A DNA stretch of 64,000 nt from contig CAVXWP010000012.1 of assembly GCA_963765495.1 (NCBI GenBank), positions 64,001-128,000 on the forward strand. Reading direction: 5' to 3'. Positions 39,209 to 49,104 of the stretch are shown here, one piece after another (position 1 is the stretch's first letter; every line of letters begins with the position of its first letter). Both the position numbers and the translations under genes were made by a program. The notes beneath the pieces were generated by a model. The model was not told where the DNA came from and did no database searches. It worked only from the letters and a program-made list of their open reading frames with translations. The stretch is from Blastocatellia bacterium (GTDB lineage: Bacteria; Acidobacteriota; Blastocatellia; UBA7656).

Positions 39209-39278
39209 CTTTGCGTACTTTGCGTGCTTTGCGAGAAATAGATTCACGATGAGGTGCGCAGACGCAAAGTACGCAAAG
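39209..39278. repeat. Palindromic repeat CTTTGCGTACTTTGCGT...ACGCAAAGTACGCAAAG
   Basis: 17-bp perfect inverted arms built from 9-nt units. Confidence 0.8.
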
Positions 39279-39437
39279 ATTTTTCACTAACCAAGCAAGG
39301 TCAATCTGAGAACTGAATGGCTCTGCCCTGGCAGGCAATAAAAGTACAACTCCTGAATGATTTAAATATCACTGGCGGTGTGCTAATATGGGAACATCGC
39401 ATTGCTTCGATTCGAGAAACAACTCGAGAAGCAACCG

Positions 39438-39490
39438 ACCTTAAGTGGACGCCTTGAACAACACCAACAACCTCAAGTGGACGCCTTGAA
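39438..39490. promoter_or_regulatory. Two 21-bp direct repeats ACCTYAAGTGGACGCCTTGAA (32-bp period); candidate operator pair
   Basis: Copies at 39438-39458 and 39470-39490, each with TYAAG-N7-CTTGA dyad symmetry. Confidence 0.55.
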
Positions 39491-39521
39491 TAATATCGAT
39501 TAATGGGAAGGGAGCTTTGCT

Positions 39522-40214
39522 GTGAAACATCTTGCATTATTGTTCGCATTCGTTCTGCTTATGACGGTCGCCGTTTTGCCGGGGAGCCGCGTGTTTGCGC
39601 AGAAGAGTCAGTACTATACGGTCACTATAACTAATTTGACCAAGGGACAAACTTTTACGCCGATTCTTGCGGCAACTCATGAGGAGGGAGTCTCTATTTT
39701 TGAACTTGGAGAGTCTGCGAGCGTGGAGTTGGAAGAATTGGCCGAAGCGGGTGATACCGCACCGCTTGCGGCGCAGCTTTCGGGCATGTCGGAGGTCCTG
39801 GATGTGAAGACCGCGGACAGTCCTCTACCTCCGGGTAAGTCGGTGACATTGATTCTGAGGACCAGCAACGAATTCAATTATGTCACTGTCGCTTCGATGC
39901 TTGTTCCCACAAACGACGGCTTTTTTGCGCTCGATGGAGTCGAAGGCCCCACGGGAAATAACAGATTATCAGTTTACACGTCTCCAGCTTACGACGCGGG
40001 CACAGAGTTCAATGATGAGCTCTGCATAAACATCCCGGGCCCTCCAACCGTCTGTATGGGCGAAGGATTTAACCCGAGCCGTGAGGGAGCCGAAGGCTTT
40101 GTTCACATCCATTCCGGCATCCAGGGCGTTGGCGATTTGAATCCTGCTGAGAGAAACTGGCAAAACCCGGTTGCCCGAATCGTTATCGGCAAGAGCCTCA
40201 ACAGGCTCAATTAG
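39522..40214 (+). CDS. Secreted spondin-N domain protein
   Basis: VTITNLT.GQTFTP, LAEAGD, SMLVPTNDGF and YDAGTEFNDE. Confidence 0.88.
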   Translation: MKHLALLFAFVLLMTVAVLPGSRVFAQKSQYYTVTITNLTKGQTFTPILAATHEEGVSIFELGESASVELEELAEAGDTAPLAAQLSGMSEVLDVKTADSPLPPGKSVTLILRTSNEFNYVTVASMLVPTNDGFFALDGVEGPTGNNRLSVYTSPAYDAGTEFNDELCINIPGPPTVCMGEGFNPSREGAEGFVHIHSGIQGVGDLNPAERNWQNPVARIVIGKSLNRLN

Positions 40215-40310
40215 CGCAGATCTCCCGGGAAGATCAGGCCCTCCCGTTTTTGAGAGCACCGGAGGGTCTGTTACCCGCCGTTGCTGATTGGAAAGGCTGA
40301 ATACCTTTCG

Positions 40311-41033
40311 TCATTCAGGCAGCTTTTCTACCCGCTTGAAACCATCCGGGATTTTGAATTCGTCGGGTGATACTTCGGTTTTTATGTCGCGCCGTTCGGT
40401 AATTATTCTTGAGCCATTTGATTCGGCTTCGACTCTGATCGTAAGCCCGGCAAGATCGCGGGCGCGGAATTCTCTTGTTATCTCGATGTGATTGTCAGGG
40501 AAAACCGCGCGCCGCTCGATTACCTCGCAGGGGTGATTGTCTATAATCTGATCGGGCAGCAAACGCGTCTCGCCGCTTGAAGGATTCGGCGCATCGGAAA
40601 AAGCGTTTTCAATCGCCTCCGGATCAGTCACCGATTGATTGTCGTTAGCGGGATTCTGTGCGGCAGTCTCGGCTGATGTCTCGGGGTTGATGAAGGTCTC
40701 CGAGTAAAGTTGTCTGTCGGGCGCAAGCAGGAAAATTTTGCCGAGATCAGGTCGAAAGATGAGCGCGCGAGGAGCGCCTCCCTCGGTCCACTCTTCTCTT
40801 GTGAGCGAAGAGGAGCGCAATATGCGAGCAACACTTACTTCGCGATGCTCGCCGTTTTCGATTGTTCGCACAATGGTCGCCGAATACTCGTCAGGCTCGC
40901 CCGCAGGCCCGGGCTCGATAACGCCTTCGGGCGCGTTTGATCCCTTGCGGCAGGCGCCGATAAACAGGGTCAGGAAAACGAGCACTACAAGAGTCAGGGC
41001 CGGAATTAATCGCGATTGCTCATCTGATCTCAT
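40311..41033 (-). CDS. Lipoprotein, DUF4412-like
   Basis: Lipobox IGAC; C-terminal FKIPDGFKRV; IDNHPC. Confidence 0.7.
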   Translation of the reverse strand: MRSDEQSRLIPALTLVVLVFLTLFIGACRKGSNAPEGVIEPGPAGEPDEYSATIVRTIENGEHREVSVARILRSSSLTREEWTEGGAPRALIFRPDLGKIFLLAPDRQLYSETFINPETSAETAAQNPANDNQSVTDPEAIENAFSDAPNPSSGETRLLPDQIIDNHPCEVIERRAVFPDNHIEITREFRARDLAGLTIRVEAESNGSRIITERRDIKTEVSPDEFKIPDGFKRVEKLPE

Positions 41034-41196
41034 ACCGAAATATGGATTCTATCATCACTTTCGCCGACGGTTTGAGTATCCATCCGTAGAATAGGGCATT
41101 GAAAGACCGAATGCCACAGTAGTAACATACGTCAGACGACAATAGAAGAACGTTGGCGGATTGCAGCAGGCGTAATCGAAAGCCCTTTCAAATTCT

Positions 41197-43731
41197 GTGA
41201 ATCCAACACTCGGCATCGAAATCGGACATTACAAAATCATCTCGCACCTTGGGGCGGGCGGAATGGGTGAGGTCTACCTGGCGGAAGACGCGAGACTGGG
41301 CCGCAAGGTTGCCCTCAAATTGCTTCCCGCGAAATTCGTCAGGGACGAAGAACGATTGCGCCGCTTCGAACAGGAAGCACGCGCCGCTTCGGCGCTCAAT
41401 CATCCAAACATAATCACGATCTATGAAATCGGGCAGACCGATTCTGCTCACTTTATCGCAACCGAGCTTGTTGAGGGCGAGACCTTGCGCTCGTATATGT
41501 CTCGCGTAAAGATCGACCTGGGCGAGATTTTAGACATCGCCATTCAGATAGCCAGCGCGCTTGCGGCGGCGCACGCCGAAGGCATAGTCCACAGAGACAT
41601 AAAGCCTGAGAACGTGATGCTCAGGCCCGACGGGTACGTCAAAGTGCTCGATTTCGGAATCGCAAAACTTGCGGGGAAATTTGCCGAACAGGATACCTCC
41701 GCCGGCAAAAGTGTTTCAGAAGATGAGATGCCAACCGTATCGTTTGTGAAGACCGAGCCGGGAATAGTCGTGGGCAGCCCGAGTTATATGTCGCCCGAAC
41801 AGGCGCGCGGACTCAGCGTGGACGGGCGCACAGACATCTTCAGCCTCGGCGTCATAATCTATGAAATGATCGCGGGTTGCAGGCCGTTTGAAGGGCCTAC
41901 GGTCAGCGACCTGATCGTAGCGTTGCTCGACCGCGAACCTCACGCTCTTTCGCGCTATCGTAAAGACATACCGTCAAAGCTTGAGGCGGTGGTCTTTCAG
42001 GCGCTGGCCAAGGACAGGCAGCAACGCTATCAGACCGCAGAAGAATTGCTCTATGTGCTGAGGCGGCAAAAGCAGCGACAGGAATTCGAAGCCGGGATGG
42101 AGCCTTCCATCCCGCCCAATTTCAACAAGAGAGGCGCGCCCGCCACCGCAGGCGCTAAGAGAGTCGCAAGCGAAACCGTTAAGAGCGGGGCTGCCGACAT
42201 TAGCCAGACGGAATCGGCGCGCACGACCGCGATGGTCGGAAATGTGCTGACCGGAATCAAGCAATCGCGCTCTCGAATGCTCATCGGCCTCGCTGCGCTT
42301 GTGGTTGCGGTCGCATTCGCGCTTGCTTACTGGGGCCTTGGCGGCAAGCCCAAACCGATAGACTCTCTGGCTGTCCTGCCGTTTCTCAACGAAAGCGGCG
42401 ACCCCAACATGGAATACCTTTCAGACGGCATCACCGAAAGCCTCATCAACAAGCTCTCGCAATCGCCAAATTTGAAAGTGATGTCGCGCAACTCGGTCTT
42501 CAAATATAAAGACAGGCAACCCGATGCAAAGACGGTGGCCGGAAATTTCGGCGTGCGCGCGGTCCTTACCGGCAGAATCACCTTGCGAGGCGATCAACTC
42601 ATAGTAAACGTGGACCTCGTTGACGCGGATGACAACAGCCAGGTCTGGGGGCAGCAATATAATCGCAAGCTGTCGGAGATCGTCGCCACCCAGGAAGAGA
42701 TCGCAAAACAGATAGCAGACAAGCTTGAACTCAGGCTCACGGGCGAGTATGAGCGCCGTTTTGCGAAACATTATACGGAGGACAGCGAGGCATATCAGCT
42801 TTATCTGAAAGGCCGCTATCAGTGGAACAAGAGAACCGTCGAAGGGCTGAAGAAGGGCATAGATTTTTTCAATCAGGCTATCGAGGAAGACCCCGGCTAT
42901 GCTCTGGCGCACGCGGGACTGGCCGATTGTTACAGTCTGCTTGGCGAATACGGCGCGCTCCCGATAAGCGACTCTCTTCCAAAAGCAAGGGCGGCGGCCA
43001 CCCGCGCCCTGGAACTCGATGACACGCTGGCCGAAGCTCATACCTCGCTTGCGGCTGTAAACGAATATGAATGGAAGTGGGCGGATGCGGAGCGCGAATA
43101 CAGACAGGCCATCGAGATGAATCCAAATTACGCGACGGCCCGTCACTGGTACGCCGTTTACCTCGGCAGTATGGGAAGGGTAGACGAGGGGCTGGCGCAG
43201 ATAAGGATGGCGCGTGAGCTCGATCCGCTTTCGATAATAATCAGTACGGCTATGGGCAGAATATACCTGAACGGGCGCAGGTATGATGAAGCCATAGAAC
43301 AACTCCGCAAGACGCTCGACGAGGAACCCGATTTCGCCGAAGCCCATTTTCAACTGGCGCTCGCCTTCGAAGGAAAGCGTATGTATGAAGATGCGGTGCG
43401 CGAATTTCAAAAGTATATTGAGCTTAGCGGCGACCGGACGATGACGGCCTGGGTGGGCCGCGCTTATGCTGTCTGGGGGAAAAGAAGCGAGGCCGAGCGC
43501 TACCTTCAGGAAGCCATCAAAAGCGCAAGCGGGCAAACGGTTTCCTCCTATCCGATTGCGGCGATCTATGCGGCGATGGGCGATAAAGAGCGGGCGCTTG
43601 AATGGCTCGAACACGTTTACGCCGACCGCTCGTATTATGTGATCCACCTCAAGACAGACCCGGTCTTCGATAGCCTCCGTTCTGACCCGCGATTTCAGGA
43701 TTTAATGCGGCGCATAGGCTTTACCCCCTGA
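41197..43731 (+). CDS. Hanks-type Ser/Thr kinase with TM, TolB-N-like and TPR domains
   Basis: LGAGGMGEVY, HRDIKPEN, DFG, YMSPEQ, SLAVLPF..YLSDGITE, TPRs and terminal LRSDPRF. Confidence 0.95.
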   Translation: MNPTLGIEIGHYKIISHLGAGGMGEVYLAEDARLGRKVALKLLPAKFVRDEERLRRFEQEARAASALNHPNIITIYEIGQTDSAHFIATELVEGETLRSYMSRVKIDLGEILDIAIQIASALAAAHAEGIVHRDIKPENVMLRPDGYVKVLDFGIAKLAGKFAEQDTSAGKSVSEDEMPTVSFVKTEPGIVVGSPSYMSPEQARGLSVDGRTDIFSLGVIIYEMIAGCRPFEGPTVSDLIVALLDREPHALSRYRKDIPSKLEAVVFQALAKDRQQRYQTAEELLYVLRRQKQRQEFEAGMEPSIPPNFNKRGAPATAGAKRVASETVKSGAADISQTESARTTAMVGNVLTGIKQSRSRMLIGLAALVVAVAFALAYWGLGGKPKPIDSLAVLPFLNESGDPNMEYLSDGITESLINKLSQSPNLKVMSRNSVFKYKDRQPDAKTVAGNFGVRAVLTGRITLRGDQLIVNVDLVDADDNSQVWGQQYNRKLSEIVATQEEIAKQIADKLELRLTGEYERRFAKHYTEDSEAYQLYLKGRYQWNKRTVEGLKKGIDFFNQAIEEDPGYALAHAGLADCYSLLGEYGALPISDSLPKARAAATRALELDDTLAEAHTSLAAVNEYEWKWADAEREYRQAIEMNPNYATARHWYAVYLGSMGRVDEGLAQIRMARELDPLSIIISTAMGRIYLNGRRYDEAIEQLRKTLDEEPDFAEAHFQLALAFEGKRMYEDAVREFQKYIELSGDRTMTAWVGRAYAVWGKRSEAERYLQEAIKSASGQTVSSYPIAAIYAAMGDKERALEWLEHVYADRSYYVIHLKTDPVFDSLRSDPRFQDLMRRIGFTP

Positions 43732-43959
43732 TGTCTGACGCCGCTGCCGGCATTTGTCAATCCGGCGATATTTCACCTAACAAAAAATGTTATTCAAATC
43801 CTATTCATCTGGGTACGGCGTCTCTTGCCGGGCCGGGATTTGTGATTCCAGCGCCTTAATTGTCCGCAAATCTCGAACCCGGGTATATCTGGTATCAAAA
43901 CTGCCATAAGAATATGAACCCCAGACCAGGCAGAAGAGATTTTATTAGGAGAAACGGCC

Positions 43960-44541
43960 ATGAGATGTCCGAACTGTCATAACGAAGTGTCGGAATCGGG
44001 TAGCTGCCCTGGATGCAGCCAGCAAACAACCAGAAGCCGACACGAGAAGGAACAGGAACAAGAGCGCGAGGCCCGTCAGCAGGCCATGCAGGGCCAGAAA
44101 CGGGAACGCGAGAAAAAAGCTAAACGAGCAAACCGGGGAGCAACCGGGATGGCATCCTTGCTGGTCGTCGCTATAGTTCTGGTCGCGGGCGTGCTGGGTT
44201 GTTACTATATCGTATACTCTCATTACGACTCGAAACAAGTTGACGCCAAAGCAGCGCTGGCCTTGATGGAGCAGTTTCGTCATCTGGCTTCGAATCAGGA
44301 GGGTATTACCGTCGATCAATTCATCGACAAAGAGTTTCAGCGTTACAAACATAACGGCACTCTGCTCAAATATCAGGGATGGAAGGTCAATGTCATAAAA
44401 GGGACGGAGACCAGATTTCTGATCATCTTTACTTTTGAAGATACACAAAATGTCGAGCATCGCGCCGAGTGGCTTGCCGATCTTAAGCAAAAAACTTTCA
44501 CTCCGCAGACGGAACTGGCATCGGCGGCTTATAAACGATAA
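43960..44541 (+). CDS. Hypothetical membrane protein with N-terminal zinc ribbon
   Basis: CPNC...CPGC, coiled coil, one TM helix; SD AGGAG. Confidence 0.7.
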   Translation: MRCPNCHNEVSESGSCPGCSQQTTRSRHEKEQEQEREARQQAMQGQKREREKKAKRANRGATGMASLLVVAIVLVAGVLGCYYIVYSHYDSKQVDAKAALALMEQFRHLASNQEGITVDQFIDKEFQRYKHNGTLLKYQGWKVNVIKGTETRFLIIFTFEDTQNVEHRAEWLADLKQKTFTPQTELASAAYKR

Positions 44542-44558
44542 GAGACGCGACTCTCAAT

Positions 44559-46091
44559 TCAGCGAAATCTCCTGGAGTCTATAGCGTATTTCTTCACCTT
44601 GTATCCGAGTATGCGTTCGGTCGTATCCAGAAGCTTTGCCGAACGGGAGACGTTACCTCGCGTAGTCTTGAGCGCGTCCACGATCAGGTCTTTTTCGTAA
44701 GCTTCCACGGCTGCCGATAATGACAGCCGCGTGACGGTCCCGCTTGCCGAAGCGGTCTGCAAGGTTGGAGGCAGGTGGTGACCGTGTATGACATGCCCGT
44801 CGCAGACAAGCGCGGCGCGCTCGATACAATTTTCCAGTTCGCGCACGTTGCCGGGCCAGTGATACGAAGTCAGCATATCGATGGCCGGTGTCGAGATGCG
44901 CTTTATGTCCTTTCCGTGTTCGAGCGCGTATTTCTCTAAGAAGTAATCGGCCAGAAGCATCACATCCGACTTGCGTTCTCTGAGCGGCGGCACGAATATA
45001 GTGAACACGTCGAGCCTGTAAAAGAGGTCCTCGCGAAAGGCTCCTTCGACAATCCCTTTTTCCAGGTCTTTGTTTGTGGCCGCGATCAACCGCACATTGA
45101 CCTTGACCGACTCGATCCCGCCCAGCCGCTCAAACTCGCGCTCCTGCAATACCCTGAGCAACTTCACCTGTGTCGAGAGGTTGAGATCGCCTATTTCATC
45201 AAGGAAGAGCGTGCCGCCTTCGGCCATATCGAAGCGCCCCTTCTTGCGGCCCTGCGCGCCTGTGAAAGCGCCCTTCTCATAGCCGAATAATTCGGATTCG
45301 ATCAACGTGTCGGGAAGCGCCGCGCAACTCACCTTTACAAACGGCTTCTTTGCCCGTGGCGAGTTGTAGTGAATCGCGTGGGCGATCAACTCTTTGCCCG
45401 TGCCGGATTCGCCGCGTATCAACACGGTGGTGTTTGTGGGCGCAACCTGAGCCACGTGTTCGTAGACCTGTCGTATGGGGCCGCTGTTGCCTATGATGTT
45501 TGAAAAATCGTAGCGCTCCTTTAATTCCTGTTTCAGATGGATGTTCTCGTCAAGGAGTCGCTGTCGTTCGGTTCCGACTATCTGCTGAATCTTGAGCGCC
45601 TGCGCTATCATCGAGGCGACCACGCGCAGAAACTTGACTGTGCGTTCGTAATCGCGGCCCTGCTTGAATATCAGATCGACGCCAATCGCGCCCACCGTCT
45701 TGCGATTGAGCACGATGGGCACGCAGATAAAGCTTCTCTCCTGATGCTTCTTCTGTTTTGCGCGCGCCGTTCGGTTTGAGATCAGAGGTTCCTGGCTGAC
45801 CTGTGGCACGACGACCGGCTTGCCGCTTTCGATGACGCGGCCCGTTATGCCTTCGCCCAGTCGGACGCCGTCGGCCTCTCCATCTGCGCTCACGCCGTTG
45901 GCCGCTTCCACGTAAAGCTCTTCCGTCCCTTCCCTGAGCAGGGTTATGCGACTGAAGATCATTCCGTGATGGCGTTCGAGTATTTCAAGTACGCGATGAA
46001 GCGCCGCCTTAAGTTTGAGCGCGCCCGAAAGGGCCTGACTCACCTCGACAAGCGTCGTCATTTTTCTGGTCTCAGCCGTCTGATCCGCCAT
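44559..46091 (-). CDS. GAF-AAA+-HTH sigma54-dependent activator (NifA-like)
   Basis: GAF domain, [31 protein letters not shown] and Fis-type HTH. Confidence 0.93.
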   Translation of the reverse strand: MADQTAETRKMTTLVEVSQALSGALKLKAALHRVLEILERHHGMIFSRITLLREGTEELYVEAANGVSADGEADGVRLGEGITGRVIESGKPVVVPQVSQEPLISNRTARAKQKKHQERSFICVPIVLNRKTVGAIGVDLIFKQGRDYERTVKFLRVVASMIAQALKIQQIVGTERQRLLDENIHLKQELKERYDFSNIIGNSGPIRQVYEHVAQVAPTNTTVLIRGESGTGKELIAHAIHYNSPRAKKPFVKVSCAALPDTLIESELFGYEKGAFTGAQGRKKGRFDMAEGGTLFLDEIGDLNLSTQVKLLRVLQEREFERLGGIESVKVNVRLIAATNKDLEKGIVEGAFREDLFYRLDVFTIFVPPLRERKSDVMLLADYFLEKYALEHGKDIKRISTPAIDMLTSYHWPGNVRELENCIERAALVCDGHVIHGHHLPPTLQTASASGTVTRLSLSAAVEAYEKDLIVDALKTTRGNVSRSAKLLDTTERILGYKVKKYAIDSRRFR

Positions 46092-46100
46092 AAGCCCTCT

Positions 46101-46148
46101 TCCTACAATTTTATCGGTCCGGTCATTTGTAAAGACGTAATTGTAGGA
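46101..46148. promoter_or_regulatory. Inverted repeat / candidate operator next to the activator RBS
   Basis: TCCTACAATT (46101-46110) and AATTGTAGGA (46139-46148). Confidence 0.5.
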
Positions 46149-46180
46149 CAGCGAAAGCGCAATCAGTCAAGCGATTTTTA

Positions 46181-46280
46181 ATGCGTGATGCATTCGATGA
46201 TGCGTGATGCGTGATGCGTGACTTTCAGGCGGATGGCTGTTTATGTGCTGATTTCAAATCTCACGAACCACCATCATCAC
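46181..46280. repeat. Heptamer (GTGATGC)-armed palindromic element, copy A (right arm degenerate)
   Basis: ATGCATTCGATGATGCGTGATGCGTGATGCGTGA; spacer resembles copies B and C. Confidence 0.75.
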
Positions 46281-46289
46281 TCGGACGGT

Positions 46290-46901
46290 TCAGGTTCGCG
46301 CAGGTTTTCTCTCGGTCCATTTTGGCAGGTATTTGTTCAGTATCCGGTAGACGAGAAGGATCGCAAGCGCCACGCCGAAAGCAACAGGCAGCCGCGTGTC
46401 GGCTTTCACAAGCATCCAGTAATGAACGACGCCCGCCGCCGCCGCGAAATATACCGCTTTGTGCAACTGCCGCCAGCGCTTTCCTCCGAGTCGCTTGACC
46501 ATACTGTTTGTCGAAGTGATCGCAAGCGGAACCATCAAAAAGAAGCCGAGCATTCCAATCGCGATAAACGGGCGTTTTAGTATGTCTCTTCCGGCTTCCG
46601 CGAGATTGAACGACTTGTCAAACCAGAAATAGGTGATCAAATGCAGGAAGCCATAAAAGAAGGCGTACAACCCCAGCATCCGGCGCACTTTTATCAGCCA
46701 TGGAAGCCCGAGCATCTTTCTGAGAGGCGTGACCGCGAGCGACAAAAGCAGGAATACGAGCGTGAGCGTCCCCGTCGTATGCGTGACAAATTCCAGTGGG
46801 TTGGCTCCAAGCCTGTGATGATAGGCGTCCCATCCAAGCAAGACTATCGGAACAAGCGCGTTTATGAATACCAGCCGTTTTGCAAATTGTATCTCTTCCA
46901 C
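46290..46901 (-). CDS. msrQ: Methionine-sulfoxide reductase heme-binding membrane subunit
   Basis: LGANP, H.TG, RRMLGLYAFFY..LH, TS and W..LHK.VY motifs; adjacent to msrP. Confidence 0.93.
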   Translation of the reverse strand: MEEIQFAKRLVFINALVPIVLLGWDAYHHRLGANPLEFVTHTTGTLTLVFLLLSLAVTPLRKMLGLPWLIKVRRMLGLYAFFYGFLHLITYFWFDKSFNLAEAGRDILKRPFIAIGMLGFFLMVPLAITSTNSMVKRLGGKRWRQLHKAVYFAAAAGVVHYWMLVKADTRLPVAFGVALAILLVYRILNKYLPKWTERKPART

Positions 46902-46915
46902 CCTTTACGCTCCCG

Positions 46916-47887
46916 TTAAAAATTGACTCGCAGATCCATCCCCCGGTAGAGTTGCGCGACCTGATCGCCGTAGCCGTTGAAGAGCAACGTATCGCGGCGG
47001 CCAAATTCGCCTATGCGGCGCTCGGTCGCCTGGCTCCATCGCGGATGGTCTACGTCGGGGTTTACGTTTGAGTAAAACCCGTACTCATTTGGCGCGTAGG
47101 TGCTCCAGGTGGTCGCAGGCTGGCGCTCGACCAGATTTATCTTCACGATAGACTTTATGCTCTTGAATCCGTATTTCCACGGCACTACAAGTCTGATCGG
47201 CGCTCCGTCCTGCGGCGGAAGCTGCTTGCCGTAAAGCCCTGTGGCAAGCAACGTGAACGGATGTGTGGCCTCATCGAGCCGCAGCCCTTCCACATAAGGC
47301 CAGTCGAGCACGTTTGTGGTTTGATTGGGCATGCGGGTCGGGTCAAGCAGAGTAACAAACTGAACATACTTTGCCTGCGAGGTCGGCTCTACCGCGTCGA
47401 GAAGGCGGGCGAGCGGAAAGCCAAGCCACGGGATCACCATAGACCATCCTTCCACGCATCGAAGCCGGTATATGCGCTCTTCGGGTGGATACAGCTTTAC
47501 AAGATCGTCTATGTCATAGACCCCCGGTTTATTTACCAGACCTTCGACCGACACGGTCCAGGGCCGCGTGACAAAACCGCTTGCCTTTGACGCGACCCCC
47601 CCCTTGTTTGTGGTGAATTCATAAAAATTGTTGTAATGCGTGATGTCCTGATAAGAAGTCAGGCTCTCGCCCGCAACCGTTGTTCCCGAGGCGGCAGGCT
47701 GCGGGCTTGCGCCGTCTGTGGCGGCGGGCGCGGATTGAGACTGCCCGGTCAGCTTTCGATAGAGCAGCCCCGTAGCCACTGCCGAGCTGGCAAGCACAGC
47801 ACTGCGTATAAATGCGCGGCGGTTTGTGTATACGGCTTCGTCCGTGATTTCGCTGCTTTTAATATCTTCCGGTCTCTTGATCAACAT
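46916..47887 (-). CDS. msrP: Periplasmic Mo-dependent methionine-sulfoxide reductase catalytic subunit
   Basis: Tat motif NRRAF; [31 protein letters not shown] and [13 protein letters not shown]. Confidence 0.96.
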   Translation of the reverse strand: MLIKRPEDIKSSEITDEAVYTNRRAFIRSAVLASSAVATGLLYRKLTGQSQSAPAATDGASPQPAASGTTVAGESLTSYQDITHYNNFYEFTTNKGGVASKASGFVTRPWTVSVEGLVNKPGVYDIDDLVKLYPPEERIYRLRCVEGWSMVIPWLGFPLARLLDAVEPTSQAKYVQFVTLLDPTRMPNQTTNVLDWPYVEGLRLDEATHPFTLLATGLYGKQLPPQDGAPIRLVVPWKYGFKSIKSIVKINLVERQPATTWSTYAPNEYGFYSNVNPDVDHPRWSQATERRIGEFGRRDTLLFNGYGDQVAQLYRGMDLRVNF

Positions 47888-47915
47888 TTCTGACTCTCTC
47901 CTCGCGCGATGCCGC

Positions 47916-47961
47916 CTTTAATAGACGCTTTAATAGACGCCTTTAATTGACGCTTTTAATA
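47916..47961. repeat. Tandem CTTTAATWGACG x3 (plus partial) upstream of msrP
   Basis: Copies at 47916, 47928 and 47941; partial copy at 47953. Confidence 0.85.
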
Positions 47962-48016
47962 AATACTATCACGAATCGGATAAATGGCTCTCGTAGGGTG
48001 CAAGCGATCAGCAGTA

Positions 48017-48085
48017 GCCATAGAGGGGCACCGCAGGCACAGAGAAAAGATTATAAAAATCTCTGTGTCTTTGTGACTCTGTGGC
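48017..48085. repeat. Degenerate CACAGAG...CTCTGTG palindromic repeat
   Basis: GCCATAGAG..GCACAGAG / CTCTGTGT..CTCTGTGGC arms. Confidence 0.6.
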
Positions 48086-48177
48086 AAATCTCTCCCTTTC
48101 TGAACAGATACCGTCGGGCAAAATCGCTCTTACTTATAAATACCGCGCAGAAGATTTTTATTCCGGCCCTTTGCGCG

Positions 48178-48966
48178 CTAATCGATATAGCGCGATTGAG
48201 CGCGATGCTGTCGCTCGATCTCTTCGAGGATGGATTCTGGCGAGAGTTGATCGGCGTTGATGCCGAGCCGGGTTGAGATCGGATGAGCGATCCGAGCGGC
48301 GAGCGCGGAGCGATTCGGCTCAGGCAATTCAAACCTGCGCTTCAGAAAAGTCTCGACCGCATACACCTCGCGTTCGGTGAGCAACCGTGTATCGGCGCTA
48401 AAGGGCGCAGGACTTGCGCGCTCAAGACGTTGCTGCTCGATCTCCGAAATTTTTATGATCTCTTCGAGTGAAGGAGCTTCCGTGGCGCGCTCCTTTACGA
48501 CTACGGTTCCGGCGACGAAATCCCCGATGCGCTTCGACCTCGGGCTGAAGATTATCGAGACCACGCCTATGGCATAAGAGGGGAAGGGCTGTAAATCAAC
48601 AAAGCGGAGAAGGTTTCTTACAAATGCTTCGAAGAACCTGACCGGACGCCCGTCTTCGCGCACCACACGCAACCGCATTATGCGCTTGCCCGGAGTCTGC
48701 CCGCTCCAGATAGTTTCAAAGACCACAAAGTAGCCCCAGTAAACGGCAAAAACCGCAAGCACGGTCAGAGCCGCCGTCCACGTACTCATGGAATTAAAGA
48801 TATTCCACTTGCCTGCCGCCAAGGCAATGAGTCCAATCGCAGTTATCACCGCAAGCTGAATCAGGTGGTCTATGGCCGCGGCCAGAAAGCGGTTGCCAAC
48901 GTTTGCCAGCACGTAATGCAATTCCACGCGCTCAGGCGTCTCGATTACCAGTTCATCATCCAGCAT
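48178..48966 (-). CDS. RDD family membrane protein
   Basis: IETPE, RFLAAAID, GQTPGKR and KRIGDFVAGTVVV. Confidence 0.92.
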   Translation of the reverse strand: MLDDELVIETPERVELHYVLANVGNRFLAAAIDHLIQLAVITAIGLIALAAGKWNIFNSMSTWTAALTVLAVFAVYWGYFVVFETIWSGQTPGKRIMRLRVVREDGRPVRFFEAFVRNLLRFVDLQPFPSYAIGVVSIIFSPRSKRIGDFVAGTVVVKERATEAPSLEEIIKISEIEQQRLERASPAPFSADTRLLTEREVYAVETFLKRRFELPEPNRSALAARIAHPISTRLGINADQLSPESILEEIERQHRAQSRYID

Positions 48967-48979
48967 ATTGCACTAAGTA

Positions 48980-49104
48980 GATGCGTTCGATGATGCGCGA
49001 TGCGTGATACGTGATTTTCAAGCGGGTGCTTGTCAAAAATGATTTGCAAGCTCGGTAAAATCACGCATCGCGCATCACGCATCATCGAACGCATCACGCA
49101 TCAC
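48980..49104. repeat. Heptamer-armed palindromic element, copy B
   Basis: GATGCGTTCGATGATGCG (48980-48997) pairs perfectly with 49078-49095; contains the tmk stop codon. Confidence 0.88.

Noticed and set aside
39438-39490. Mini CRISPR array
   Set aside because: Only two repeats with an 11-nt gap and no cas genes.
44559-46091. Calling the activator nifA / nitrogen fixation
   Set aside because: No nif genes in the window; the architecture is shared by many enhancer-binding proteins.
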